From positions 80,290,001 to 80,354,000 of the forward strand of contig OZ024744.1 in NCBI GenBank assembly GCA_964016885.1: a stretch of DNA of 64,000 nucleotides, given 5' to 3'. A model generated the notes under the pieces. It was given only the letters and a program-made list of their open reading frames with translations. It did not search any database and was not told where the DNA came from. The first letter of the stretch is position 1. Each line of letters starts with the position of its first letter. Source of the DNA: Eledone cirrhosa. Lineage: Eukaryota. Below are positions 15,229 to 30,611 of the stretch, piece by piece. The translations under genes and the position numbers were made by a program.

Positions 15229-18110
15229 AAATCCACTGTCAATAAATACACCAGGATTTTTTCATTCTGATGACTGAAAGCAAATTTTGTTTGCTTTCAA
15301 GAAACCACTGGTAAATGAAATAATTATCTTATGTTGTTTATTACATAACTATTAAGCTCTGTAACCTACATAGAGCACTCTTTTTTCCTGGACCTTTCCG
15401 ACGGAATTACTTCATTTATACAGCTCCAACAGGAATTAATTGAAGCATATTCTATATTACATATATGATTGGCACTTTGCAGTCCGATTAATTGAGCACT
15501 CTACAGTTTTCAGGAATTTAACCAACATACACCATGGACCTTTATGAATTGGATTATTCAATCAAAAATATACCTACTCCTTCCAACACAACTTATACCA
15601 AACTGCTTATAGATGAAATCGAACAAGTCGTTAAAAGAATGAGATGGAAGGCAATGGTTTACGATGGACTATTCAGTGCTGATACTAATGATTGTTTTGA
15701 CATAAAATCCCGTAAACACCCACCTAGAATTAAAGACATGGCCAGCTTCGAATTAGACCTTGTTAATTTAATTAGTGATATCAAATTTCGTAAGTACAAT
15801 AATAATTTTCAAACTAAACTGTCTAACGATATTTCTAATTTTAAAAATTCTACAAACACTTTTGTTCTTTCCGATAAAACTAAAAATCTCTTTGAAGTTA
15901 ATAGTATTTTGTATAACCAACTTTTAACTAATAGTATCACCAACAAATATCAATTAACACCTACAATACTATTAATAAAGAAGCTAAAGAACTAGCTAGT
16001 TCTTTAAAAATAGACAACCGGATTGAAAGCCTAGCTAAACGTAAAGCATATATTACCCTTAAAGACCATAAATTTGACTTTACTAATTGACCTAGCTGTA
16101 GACTAATTAACCCGGCTAAATCCGAAGTTCGCCTTGCAAGTAAAAAAATCTTAAGAAAAATAATTCTCCAAATTAGAACTAAGACTGACTTATCACAATG
16201 GTTAAATACATCCTCTGTTATTTCTTGGTTTAATAATATAAAGGTAAAAATAAGTGTAGATTTACCCAATTTGATATTGTTGATTTTTACACCTCTATTA
16301 CTGTTTCCTTATTAACTAATGCCTTATATTTTGCAAAACCCTTCATTAATATTTCTAAATTAGAAGAATACATTATCTTTCATGCTAGGAAAACTCTACT
16401 CTTTACTAATGAAAGTATTTGGGTTAAAAAGTCAAACCCTGAAAACTCTTTTGATGTTGCAATGGGTTCATATGACAGTGCGGATGTGTGTGACTTAGTA
16501 GGATTATTCCTTCTCCACACCCTTAAAGAGAAATTTCCTTCCCATAATATCGGTTTATACCGTGACGACGGATTGGCAGTTTCTCATACCACCAACGGCC
16601 ATAACCTTGATAAATTCCGTAAAGATTTAATCAATACATTTGCTAATCTTAACCTTAAAATTACTATAGATACGAACCTTACCAATGCTAACTTTCTTGA
16701 CATTAATCTTGATCTACTTACTGCCTCTTTTAAACCTTATCATAAACCTAACGAAAATATTAGATATATACACAAAGAGTCTTGCCATCCCCCTATAGTT
16801 TAAAAAAATCTTATTCCCACCATTAGCCGTAGGATTTCTACCTTATCTTCGTCTCTAGACATTTTTAACAAAGCCGCCCCTTATTATAATAAAGCCCTTA
16901 ATAACAGCGGCTTTACAGATCACATTAAATATTTACCTACTCCTCCCCCTAAAACTAACCACAATAATAGGAAAAAGAAAATTATTTGGTTTACACCCCC
17001 TTCTCTCTAACTGTCAAAACTAATGTTGGAAGGAAATTCCTTGACCTCTTAGACAAACATTTTCCTCCTAATCATAGATATTATAAGATATTTAATAGAA
17101 ATGTAATTAAAATCAGTTACTCTTGCTGCTCATCAATGAAGTCTAAAATCACCAATTCTAATCGTACGAGAATCTATCCAGGATGCAGTTGCAGGAAGCC
17201 GGATGAATGCCCATTACAGAGCAAAAGTAATACCAAATCCGTTGTATATGAGGCCAAAGTGACACCTTTAATTAACAACCAGCCAGCCAGGAGTGAACGA
17301 TATGTTGGCGTGACTCAAGACAGGTTCAAAACCAGGTTTTATGCACATCTCGCTTCTTTTAAACACTGATAAAAGAACAGCAACGGCTCTCGCAAATAAG
17401 GTGTGGGAATTCAAAGATAAAAACATCCCGTACTCTATCGATTGGTCTATTTTAGACCATTCGGGGGAATACCAAAGGGGCACAAAGAATTGTTCTTTGT
17501 GTACCACTGAAAAATTTAGGATTCTACAAAACTTGAAAGCCACTTCAACTTGCCTGAACTCCAAGACCGAGATCTTCAGATGTTGTCCTCACCTGAAATC
17601 ACATCTGATCTGTAACTGGATTGACATTCCTACGATGACTCAACCACCTTGAACTTTTTCTCTGCTCTCTACGCCTTACATCCATTACGATTTTTATTAC
17701 TCTCTGAATTCACTTTCTGTACTCTTATATTCTTTTTCTCCCTTATCTCCCCTTATATTTAAACTTTTTCCTATGTTATTTATTTTCCTTAATCCCCCCT
17801 ACTTTCTACCTTACCCTTTACATACCCACCTTTTTTATTTCTAGATATTTATTTCTGTGTGTGTGTATGTGTTGTGTATATGTGTATATGTATTTATATA
17901 TATATGTATATATATATGTGTATATAATATTATCTGTATACATAATTACCTACAGAGTGATTTAATGTTTATTTTCATTGATTATTTGCTCTAGGAACTT
18001 GTTGAGTGCTCTAAATCATCTATAAACATTTATACCTTTATCTATTTATTTATTATTTGTCGTATTCCCAACTATTTGTTTACCCCTTCCACCTTTTTAT
18101 TTATATATAT
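15229..18110 (+). mobile_element. Near full-length degenerate PLE, Naiad-like (RT + GIY-YIG, 15534-17652)
   Basis: YSIKNIP..KRMRWKA, DKT, ITLKDHK..CRLINPAKS, FDIVDFY, MGSYD, GLYRDDGL, FLDI, YVG..FKTRF..H; several stops and frameshifts. Confidence 0.9.
15260..15320 (+). ncRNA. Type I hammerhead ribozyme in PLE 5' pseudo-LTR
   Basis: tttcatt-CTGATGA-ctgaaagcaaa..tttgctttcaa-GAAA-ccactgg-TA-aatgaaa. Confidence 0.85.
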
Positions 18111-18195
18111 ATAATATTTATGTATTTTCTTATATATATATATATATATAAAATAACAGAAGGCTGGACTGGTGTAAATCCTTGAAATGTTTATT

Positions 18196-18253
18196 ATACT
18201 ATGATAATTTCAATGACCGGGTTCCATATGAATCCGGTGATATCATCAGGTAT
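18196..18253 (-). ncRNA. Type I hammerhead ribozyme at the end of a PLE 3' fragment
   Basis: Revcomp atac-CTGATGA-tatcaccggattc..gaacccggtcatt-GAAA-ttatca-TA-gtat. Confidence 0.65.
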
Positions 18254-18639
18254 TGGAATATAACAAAGGAATATGTAAAAAACCATCGGTCCGAAAAAAT
18301 CAGAGACAGAAAAAAAATCAGACCAGAGACAGAGACAGAGACAAAGAGGACGACTGACCAACTAGCTGCTTTCACCTCGGCGTGTCGCCCTCAAAGTGAT
18401 GGCAAATCAATCTACTAATGACCATTTGGTGAGAGGGCGAAAGCTTATAATGCACTACCACCTCTCCGTCAAAGAAAATGACCATACGGAATGACCAATT
18501 CTATCCAGTGGTGAACCAACAAACCTAAAGATATCTATATATCTATATATCTTACGTTAACTATTTTTCCATTTTGGCGCTATAGTCACTTATATATTAT
18601 GGAATACTGTTGGCTTCCTGCTACAATAATTTCTATACT

Positions 18640-18719
<80 letters not shown>

Positions 18720-18722
<3 letters not shown>

Positions 18723-21700
18723 TATTGAAGTTTCCGTTGAAAATTGAAAAAGTCATAGGAGTGAAGAGTGCTCTATGTAAGTACCAGAGCAAAATTTAAT
18801 GTATAATAAACAATACAATATAATTACCTCATTACCAGAGGTTTTCCGAATAAGACGAATACGAAAAACGTCCTCATTCGTTCGTCGGACAAGGCAATTT
18901 AAAGCATAGTGAAATATTTGGAAAGTCTCCTCAAGAAATGCAAGAGTTTAACGGGCAAAAAATATATAAATAAAAGTAATGCAAGAGATATACAAAAAAT
19001 AAGGAAATATAGTTAGGGTATGTGCATAAGTATGTATATACACTCACAAATGTACATATGTGTGTATGTACAAATGCATGTGTATGGTGAAAATGTGTGC
19101 GTAAGTACATATATGAGGGCAAGTATATTTGTGTATATGTGACCACAAATACGTATATAATATGAGTTGAAAAAGGAAATTGTATATTGTTTCATTTTTA
19201 TACATATATCGAGAATGACACTTCTTTTTACTATTACACTCCCTTCCCTCTTTATCTTCCGCATATAAGAGACCGCGCGTGTGTGTGTGTTTATACGCGT
19301 GCTTTCATACTCGTATCTGTATTTAATACCTGTATCTGGATGCGTGTTAACTATATTATCTTACAATTTCCTTTTTCAACTCATATTATATACGTATTTG
19401 TGGTCACATATACACAAATATACTTGCCCTCATATATGTACTTACGCACACATTTTCACCATACACATGCATTTGTACATACACACATATGTACATTTGT
19501 GAGTGTATATACATACTTATACACATACCCTAACTATATTTCCTTATTTTTTTGTATATCTCTTGCATTACTTTTATTTATATATTTTTTGCGCGTTAAA
19601 CTCTTGCATTTCTTGAGGAGACTTTCCAAATATTTCACTATGTTTTAAATTGCCTTGTCCGACGAACGAATGAGGACGTTTTTCGTATTCGTCTTATTCG
19701 GGAAACCTCTGGTAATGAGGTAATTATATTGTATTGTTTATTATACATTAAATTTTGCTCTGGTACTTACATAGAGCACTCTTCACTCCTATGACTTTTT
19801 CAATTTTCAACGGAAACTTCAATACTTATACAGCTCCCAAGGGAATGATCGTAGCATATTCTACATTTTTATGAGATTGGCACCTTCCAGCCCTTTTAAA
19901 GTCGAGCACTCTTCAGTCAATAGGATTTTAAACCAATACTGAGCATGGATAAATATCCTTTGGATTACTCTATCAAGAATATCCCAACACCTTCTAACAC
20001 TTCCTACACGAAAATGCTGATAGACAAAGTAGAGAAAGTTGTTAAAAGAATGAGATGGAAAGCTTTGATTCTCGATGGACACTTTAACATGGACTCTACG
20101 GAACATTTTGATATCAAAACTCATAAATACCCGCAAAGAGTAAAAGATATGACCGCCTTTGAACTAGACTTAGTTAATCTAATCAACAATATCAATTTTC
20201 GTAAGTACTCTAACCCTTTTCAATCTAAACTATCTAATGATATTTCAATATTCAAATCTTCTAAAAATAAGTTCATTTTCTCTGACAAAACTAAAAACCT
20301 ATATGAAGTTAATAATAATTTACATGACCAACTCTTAATAGATAACATCACCTCTAAATACCAAATAGCTAATATAAACACGTATAATAATATAAATAAG
20401 GAAGCTAAAGAATTAGCTAGTTCTTTAAAAATAGATAATAGGACAGAAAAACTTACTAAACGTAATGCATATATCACCCTTAAAGATCACAAACCTTACT
20501 TTATTAATCGTCCTAGTTGTAGATTAATCAACCCTGCTAAGACTGATATCGGTCTTGCCAGCAAAAAAAAAGTTAAATAATATAAACACACAGATTAGAA
20601 GTAAGTCTGAATTACTCCAATGGATAAATAGCTCTTTCGTAGTACATTGGTTTAATAATATTAAAGATAAAAATAGTTCTAGATTCACCCAATTTGACAT
20701 TGTAGATTTCTACCCGTCTATCACTCAGACTCTTTTAGCGAAAGCCTTAAATTTAGCTAGAAAGTTTACCAATATTTCTATTATTGAAGATAATGTCATC
20801 TTGCATGCGAGAAACACTCTACTCTTTACTGATAATGACACTTGGGTAAAAATATCTAACCCAGAGAACCCATTCGATGTCTCAATGGGTTCTTTTGACA
20901 GTGCTGATGTTTGTGATTTAGTCGGCCTATTCCTCCTACACACACTTAAAGAAAAATTCTCTAACCATATTGTTGGGCTTTATCGCGACGATGGTCTAAT
21001 ACTTTCCCACACCACCATAGGCCATAACTTAGATAGATTAAGGAAAGACTTAATAAAAACCTTCGCTAGTTTTAATCTTAAAATTACTATTGACACTAAC
21101 CTTTCCAATGTTAATTTTCTAGATATAAACCTAGATCTGCCTACTGTTTCTTATAAACCATACCATAAACCTAATGAAAATTTAAAATATATAAATAAAG
21201 GCTCTTGCCATCGTCCTATAGTTTTTAAAAACCTTATCCCTAATATTAGCCGTAGGATCTCCACCCTCTCTTTCTCAGAAGCTATTTTCAATAAGCCATC
21301 CCCCTACTATAATAAACCCCTTCAAAATAGCGGATTTAGCGAACCGATTAAGTACATACCCAACAATACTAACTCTTTTAAACATAATAATAGGAAGAGA
21401 AAAATAATCTGGTTCACACCCCCTACTCTCTAGCAGTTAAAACTAATGTAGGCAAAAAATTCCTAGAGCTCTTAGATAAACATTTCCCTAGAACACATAG
21501 ATACTATAAGATCTTCAATAGAAACTGTGTCAAAATTAGCTACTCCTGCGGTCCCCCTATTAAACCCTATATCATCAATAAGAAATCACCCAGAGAACAT
21601 CAAAATTGCTCCTGTAGAGTCAAAAGTGAATGCCCATTACAAGGTAAATGCAACACCAAAGCCATTGTATATGCGGCTAAAGTGACAACCATCAGCAACA

Positions 21701-23430
21701 ACCAACCAGCCACCAGCGAACGATATGTGGGTATGACACAAGACAAATTCAAAACGCGTTATTACTCACATGTCGCATCTTTCCGACATCCAGAAAAAAG
21801 ATTCACAACAGCTCTGGCTAGCAGAATATGGGATTTGTAAGACCAAGGTATCCAATATAAATTGGATTGGTCAATTTTGAACCAATCTAAAGAATATGCA
21901 AGAGGAACAAGAAGATGCACACTCTGCATAAGTGAAAAATATTGGATTTTACAGAACCTTAAATCACCCAAAACCTGCCTAAATACAAAAACAGAAATGT
22001 TTACCAGTTGCCCACACATGAAATCACACTTGCTTTCCAGCTCAGATAAACTTAACTCACCTTCAGATACTTATCCTCCATAAACTCTTATTCTTCACTT
22101 TCCTTAAAATTTCCTCTTTACAGACTTCTCTTTCTGATTTACTTTCATTTTTAACTTTATTTTTAATTTTAATTTTATTTTTACTTCACATCCACCAGTA
22201 ACCCCCCCCCCCCCCCCCTAGTTTTCGATTCACTTACCTAATATCTTCACATTCCACATTTTACTTCCCCATTTTCTTTCACTACCTGATATTACAGTCA
22301 CTTGCGTTTTCCACTCCAGATATATTCTGTTGTTTCGCAGCAGATTTTATATTTGTACTCATTCATTAATACGGCTGGTTTATAATCTGTATCTATGCGT
22401 GTGAGTGTGCATATGTGTGTATACGTTCTGTATATGTATACGAACGCCTCCGTATGTGTGCGTGCGTACGTATATATAGTTGTGTGTATGTGTTTTTATA
22501 TCTATGTTTTTTTTAATTATATATCTATGTTTTTTACATACTTATTTATACGTGTGTGTATGCGGGTGAATGTATGTGTATGTGTATGTATATGTATGTG
22601 TATGTATATGTATGTATGGGTGTGTATGTATATATGTATATACATATATAGTCGCGTACGTACGTGTGATTAGATATACATGTAGCGATATATATATATA
22701 CGTGCCCCGTGTGTATGTACGCATGCATGCGCTTTTGTCTGTACGTATTTGTGTGTATAAATATTTGTTTATATATATGTGTGTGTGTATGTGAGTACCT
22801 ATGTTTGTTTTCTTTTCTCTAGTGTTAATTGATTACTTTCTCTTTGATTTAAAAAAATGTTTTCATTCTCATATATTGTTTCATTTTTATACATATATCA
22901 AGAATGACACTTCTTTTTACTATTACACTCCCTTCCCTCTTTATCTTCCGCATATAAGAGACCGCGCGTGTGTGTGTGTTTATACGCGTGCTTTCATACT
23001 CGTATCTGTATTTAATACCTGTATCTGGATGCGTGTTAACTATATTATCTTACAATTTCCTTTTTCAACTCATATTATATACGTATTTGTGGTCACATAT
23101 ACACAAATATACTTGCCCTCATATATGTACTTACGCACACATTTTCACCATACACATGCATTTTACATACACACATATGTACATTTGTGAGTGTATATAC
23201 ATACTTATACACATACCCTAACTATATTTCCTTATTTTTTTGTATATCTCTTGCATTACTTTTATTTATATATTTTTTGCGCGTTAAACTCTTGCATTTC
23301 TTGAGGAGACTTTCCAAATATTTCACTATGTTTTAAATTGCCTTGTCCGACGAACGAATGAGGACGTTTTTCGTATTCGTCTTATTCGGGAAACCTCTGG
23401 TAATGAGGTAATTATATTGTATTGTTTATT
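18720..23430 (+). mobile_element. Full-length Naiad-like PLE with direct pseudo-LTRs (about 19180-19742 and 22872-23430) and inverted upstream pseudo-LTR (18720-19180)
   Basis: ORF 19945-22083 (RT LYRDDGL plus GIY-YIG) with few frameshifts or stops; near-identical pLTRs; classic Penelope architecture; TA-rich flanks. Confidence 0.93.
19648..19725 (+). ncRNA. Type I hammerhead (U4C core CCGACGA); copies at 23336-23413 (+) and 18822-18899 (-)
   Basis: aattgccttgt/atgaggtaatt stem I, cgaatgaggacg/cgtcttattcg stem II, GAAA-cc.tct.gg-TA. Confidence 0.8.
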
Positions 23431-23887
23431 TTACATTGTATATATATATATGTTATATGTGTGTATATATGTGTATATATATATGTACGTATATATATAT
23501 ATATATGTATATGTGTGTGTATGTGTGTGTATGTATATATTTATATGTATGTATGTGTAGGTGTAAATGTGTGTATTGCTTACCACGTGTGTTTGTTTAT
23601 TTATTTGTGTCCTTTCCTGTATCGCTGTCAACTTTATAATTATTTTTATTTTTATTTTCTTCAGTCGCATATTTTTTTTAATTTTTTTTTATTTTGATGT
23701 GACGGCCTTTTGCATTATATGGTTGTCCATTGTTATTTTTATTATTATTTTTTCTTATAATTAATTGTATGTGCGTATGTAGGTGTATGTACATATATCT
23801 ATATATGTGTCTGCGTATGTATGCGTGTATATATGTGTGTATGTATGTACGTGTGTATATATGTGTGACTATATGTGTGTGTATATA

Positions 23888-23934
<47 letters not shown>

Positions 23935-23943
<9 letters not shown>

Positions 23944-24175
23944 TACAAATATTAATAAAATAGATGTTCTTTTTATCAATTACATTTTATTATACATATT
24001 TCAGATGTACAACAGTACAGATGTGATTAAATCTTAACCATTTAACATCTCAGGGTATGTCATGTATCATTATATTTTGTCTGGTGAGAACGTACTGTTG
24101 TACATCTGAAATATGTATAATAAAATGTAATTGATAAAAAAAACATCTATTTTATTAATATTTGTATTTTAATAT
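23935..24175. repeat. Fold-back PLE-terminal fragment with hammerhead-like motif 24074-24126
   Basis: Inverted arms; attttgt-CTGGTGA-..gtac.tgtt.gtac..-GAAA-tatgta-TA-ataaaat. Confidence 0.65.
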
Positions 24176-24409
24176 TAATAATTCTGGAAAATTATTTTCA
24201 ATAGAATGCTTCCAATCTACTGTAAAACTCATTCTTTGATATACTCATTGAATATTGTTTAACTCTTTAATCTAAGAAAATATCTATATGCGTGTGTAAT
24301 TAATACATGCATACATTTATTTTTTAAAAATTAATTGAGTTCTTAACACGCAGGATTGATAATGTTTTTGAAAAAACTAATTAACCCACGTGTATATTAT
24401 TTTACTTTT

Positions 24410-24553
24410 CTTCTGACTCGCGATTGTCTCCCTTTTCCGCTTCGTGACGCTATAATACTTTCTCAGTCTAAAGACTGCTGGAATTTCAAATTTGGCGGTC
24501 ATTTGATGCGTGAAGGGATGACTTAGCGGACACGAAAAATAACTGCGGTAAGA
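24410..24553 (+). promoter_or_regulatory. Candidate CpG-rich promoter/first exon with 5' splice site
   Basis: Local CpG enrichment, CTCGCGA, TTTCAAA (CHR-like) next to TTTGGCGG (E2F-like), donor G|GTAAGA at 24548. Confidence 0.3.
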
Positions 24554-24911
24554 AATTTTTTCTTATATCAAAGTTTAATGGGCATCCACTGATGATTTAT
24601 AAGCGCCCACCTACATATATTCTTACAGAAAAATATGTTAGGCTTCTACATAAACTGGAAACATTCTCCCAACTTGTAGAAAACTTATAATGAAACAATT
24701 GTTTGGAAAGAGAGATATATTTTAATTTTAATTATATCTCATATAAAATAATACAACTGGCTTTCCACAAAATACATATAGTTAGCACCCCAAACACAAA
24801 AATTGGGTTTATACTAACGTATACGCTAATGTTTGTTGAGTGAGATGGTTACCAGTCAGAGTTTAGCTTAAAGCTTTCTCTGCTATTGTATTAAATATAT
24901 ATATATATATA

Positions 24912-25179
24912 TACAATATTAAATAAATGGAAACTATATTTATAAAACCATATCTATTTCATTATATATATTTCAGGGATATCATATTAACAATATGCTA
25001 TGCCTTCCTCAGACAAAATACAATATAAACAGTTTTATAGATAAATAGATTCGATATGGTTTTATAAATATAGTTTCCATTTATTTAATATTGTAAATAT
25101 ACTCCAAATATTTGTCGAGTGCTTTTATATCAGTTATAAATATTTACTAGTTGTAACCCAACAATTTAAATATAACTTT

Positions 25180-25182
<3 letters not shown>
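24912..25182. mobile_element. Family-B fold-back insertion with hammerhead 24956-25019 (-)
   Basis: CTGAGGA..GAAA-tatata-TA core; inverted arms; in a TA tract. Confidence 0.75.
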
Positions 25183-25223
<41 letters not shown>

Positions 25224-25459
25224 ACATGTGTGTGTGTGTTTGTGTATTTGTGTGTATGTAGGATATGTATGTATGTATATGTATGTATGTATGTATATAT
25301 ATATATATGTGTGTATGTGTATATATGTGTGTATGTACATATATATATATATATTATATATATATATGTGTATATATGTGTGTATGCATATGTGTGTGTG
25401 TGTGCATATGTGTTTATCTACTTTTATATTTATTCTGTTTCCTTTCCTTCTTCCTATAT

Positions 25460-25578
25460 ATAAAATCCACTGTCAATAAATACGCCAGGATTTTTTCATT
25501 CTGATGACTGAAAGCAAATTTTGTTTGCTTTCCACTGGTAAATGAGATAATTATCTTATGTTGTTTATTACATAACTA
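25460..25578 (+). mobile_element. Solo pseudo-LTR of the 15.2-kb PLE; hammerhead lacks GAAA
   Basis: Near-identical to 15225-15350 with a short deletion. Confidence 0.8.
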
Positions 25579-25840
25579 TATATATATATATATAAAATCA
25601 GTAGCGGGCAGAGAGGGTGCCGACGTTGCGTTGGCCCTGGGCATTCTTTGGAGGGGGGGGGGGGGCATAATTCATTTGGGGAAAAGAATTTAATAAATTT
25701 GATTGATTTGTATTAAAATAGAATAAAGCGTTTATTTCATGTTTCATCTGTGTTTATATATTCAAAATATATTTTTTTCTCATAATATTTCTCAGTATAT
25801 TAGGCCTTATATTTGAGTCTTTGGGGCATACAATCAAACG

Positions 25841-25900
<60 letters not shown>

Positions 25901-25904
<4 letters not shown>

Positions 25905-26584
25905 TGAGTCCTTCATCAGTGACCCTCCAACCGTCCTAGGCATTTCATCGCTTTAAGGGCCATATACCTCAGGTTGGTGCGAACAACGGCTAAAAAAAGT
26001 CGTTGGGACACGTAAATAAAGAGAACGTTAGGGTGAACAAACAAAATGGTTTAAGCAACAGAAAGTGAGAAGAAAGAGACAAGTCCCAGATTTCTATGAA
26101 TATAAACTCGATAAAATCGTGAACGAGAGAATAAAGACCATCAAACCTGGTTGAAATGTGAGCAAGGAAGGAATTTCGCACAGGTCTAACGGGGGGAAGA
26201 AGAAGGGGTCTGGTCAGCGAATTCGGTAAACATAAGTTCTGTGAATTTGCAGACGAGAGAGAGAGAGAGAGAAAAAAAATTCATACCGGCTTGGCCAAGT
26301 GCCCGCGAGAAAAGGATTACGGACAGGTCAAGCGGGAAGAAAGGGGAGAGGAGGAGAGGTAGTGACAGGGTATGAGTGAGTGAAAGTTGAGGAAGAGGCT
26401 AACAGAGAAAGAGACTGCTAGAAAGGGTAAAGATACAAAGAACGAAACAGACGGGTGGCAGCAGAGGAAAAAATATGTGTGTAAATATGATAATAATGGA
26501 GCTGCGGCGTTGCAAATGGGTTACATATGAAAAAGTGAGTCCTTCATCAGTGACCCTCCAACCGTCCTAGGCATTTCATCGCTT
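25901..26584. repeat. Unclassified repeat with about 52-bp terminal direct repeats; related inverted-arrangement copy at 42172-42820
   Basis: aaagtgagtccttcatcagtgaccctcc..catcgcttt at 25901 and 26532. Confidence 0.6.
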
Positions 26585-26594
26585 TTATCTCTGA

Positions 26595-28376
<1,782 letters not shown>

Positions 28377-28397
28377 TATATATATATATATATATAT

Positions 28398-28702
28398 AAA
28401 CAAATAAAAACACACAGACACCCGGATGTAACACATACGCAAACTAAACACACAACACACACAAAAACAAGATGGCGTAGGACAGAACAAAGGAGAGGCA
28501 CAAAACAAAGAAAAGCATCCCAGTCACAGAAGAGGTCACAGAATGTGTGACGAAAGAACTTTGACAATATATGAACAACCGTCCGGTTGTGCAACCAACC
28601 AGCCAACTGGAAATTTATAATTTAATATATAATAAACTGGAGTGAAAGCAACTGGTGCGTGGTTTTCTTATTGGCAACATGACCCTCCCAAAGTATAACA
28701 AT
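28398..28702 (+). mobile_element. Diverged solo pseudo-LTR of the 11.2/26.6-kb PLE family
   Basis: Similar to 12095-12420. Confidence 0.8.
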
Positions 28703-28931
28703 ATATATATATGACCAAAGATTAATATGGTTCATTGATTACTCAATGAATATAGTTTTACAATAGATTAAAAGCACTCTACAAAGAGATTTTCTGGAGT
28801 TATTCATCATATTTAGTTTGTCATGTTATTATTTGTGGTATATAAATATTGAGATTTGTTGTAATAAATCACTGCCAAGACTGGAATTGAACCATCAAGA
28901 CAGTTGGGGTATGTTATACATCAATTACGTA

Positions 28932-28993
28932 TTTCATCTAATGAGGACGTACTGAAAAAACAGCACAGTACCTCCGAAATATATATAATAAAA
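28932..28993 (+). ncRNA. Hammerhead-like motif (core CTAATGA, probably inactivated)
   Basis: tttcat-CTAATGA-gga.gtactg..cagtac.tcc-GAAA-tatata-TA-ataaaa. Confidence 0.6.
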
Positions 28994-29314
28994 CATATAT
29001 TTTGAGTATGTGAACGTCTTCATTTATTAATATTTTGAATAATATATATATATATATAATTGGAAATTTAGTAAAATCGAATCTCTGGCGGTTTGCAAGC
29101 AAATTCGGCCTACTTATATGAAATGATGAGTTAGCAAAGCACTCGATAAGGTAGGTCCTTAGAGTAATAACATACGTTTAAATAGCTTGACAAATCGAAC
29201 ATTGTGGTAGGCAAAATCTAACACACAATAATATACCAAAGTAACGATAGAACTAACAGGTTGAGGGAAATTATATATATATATAATTTCCCTCAACCTG
29301 TTAGTTCTATCGTT

Positions 29315-29387
<73 letters not shown>

Positions 29388-29427
29388 GCTTTCTCCGATA
29401 TTGTATTTATATATATATATATATATA

Positions 29428-30242
29428 TATTAACAAATGGAAACTATATTTATAAAACCATATTTATTTCATTATACATATTTCAAGGACACCAAATTAA
29501 ATTATGGTGTGCTTTCATCAGATAAAATATAATATAGAGCAGATTTATAAATAAATATTGACATACCCTTAAAGAATGCAACCATTACTGTTGGAAGCTC
29601 CCGGATAGCGGGGTTATAACTTTATTTATACTATTATGTAAATTAGTATTGGATATTTTTAAATAAGCCGTTGGGTTACGGAGAAAGACGAGGAGAGAGA
29701 GAGAGAAGAACAAGAGATAGAAAAAAGAAAAAAGAGAGACAAAGGAGAAAGAGAAGAAAGAGTGAAGAGAGAGCGAAAACTTTAAGTGATAGGTTGTTGA
29801 GTTATCTTAACATTTGAGATGAAGTGAAAGAATAAATATTTATTTATTCTTTCTCTCTCTCGTTTCTCTCTCTCTCTCTCTCCTCGTCTTTCTCCGTAAC
29901 CCAACGGCTTATTTAAAAATATCCAATACTAATTTACATAATAGTATAAATAAAGTTATAACCCCACTATCCGGGAGCTTCCAACAGTAATGGTTGCATT
30001 CTTTAAGGGTATGTCAATATTTATTTATAAATCTGCTCTATATTATATTTTATCTGATGAAAGCACACCATAATTTAACTTGGTGTCCTTGAAATATGTA
30101 TAATGAAATAAGTATGGTTTTATAAATATAGTTTCCATTTGTTAATATCGTATTTTTACACCAATTATTTGCTGAGTGCTTTATATCAGTTATAAAAATA
30201 TTTGCTTGTTGTAGCGCCCAACAATTTAAATTGAACTTTCAC

Positions 30243-30243
<1 letters not shown>
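29428..30243. mobile_element. Family-B fold-back insertion (about 280-bp arms) with hammerheads 29466-29528 (-) and 30047-30109 (+)
   Basis: Near-perfect inverted arms; intact CTGATGA/GAAA/TA cores. Confidence 0.85.
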
Positions 30244-30290
<47 letters not shown>

Positions 30291-30295
<5 letters not shown>

Positions 30296-30559
30296 AAAAA
30301 GAGATGAAATCGAAAATGCAACTGGAGTCTTATTTTTTAAAAAAATATATCACATCTGTGAGAAAAACCACAGACCCTCCATCTCAACTCACCTTTTGAA
30401 AAGCAGAAGAACTGCGAAACCGGTAAAGGAACCAAATAAATATATATATTTAAAAAAAAATAAGACTCCAGTTGCATTTTCGATTTCATCTCTTTTTCTT
30501 TATACTTTCACTCGTGTAGGACACCACGGTTATTTTTCATTTTGTAAAAAAAACCTCAC

Positions 30560-30566
<7 letters not shown>
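30291..30566. mobile_element. Family-C fold-back copy with U3-A8 hammerhead 30392-30429
   Basis: cctt-TTGAAAA-gcag/ctgc-GAAA-ccgg-TA-aagg; TA flanks. Confidence 0.75.

Positions 30567-30611
<45 letters not shown>

Noticed and set aside
16088-17369. In-frame TGA codons in the Naiad-like PLE as selenocysteine (some Naiads encode selenoproteins)
   Set aside because: The TGA near 16088 aligns to Arg (CGT) in the sister element, consistent with CpG decay. The one at 17367 is followed by TAA. The better-preserved copy shows no TGA at these positions, and no SECIS was identified.
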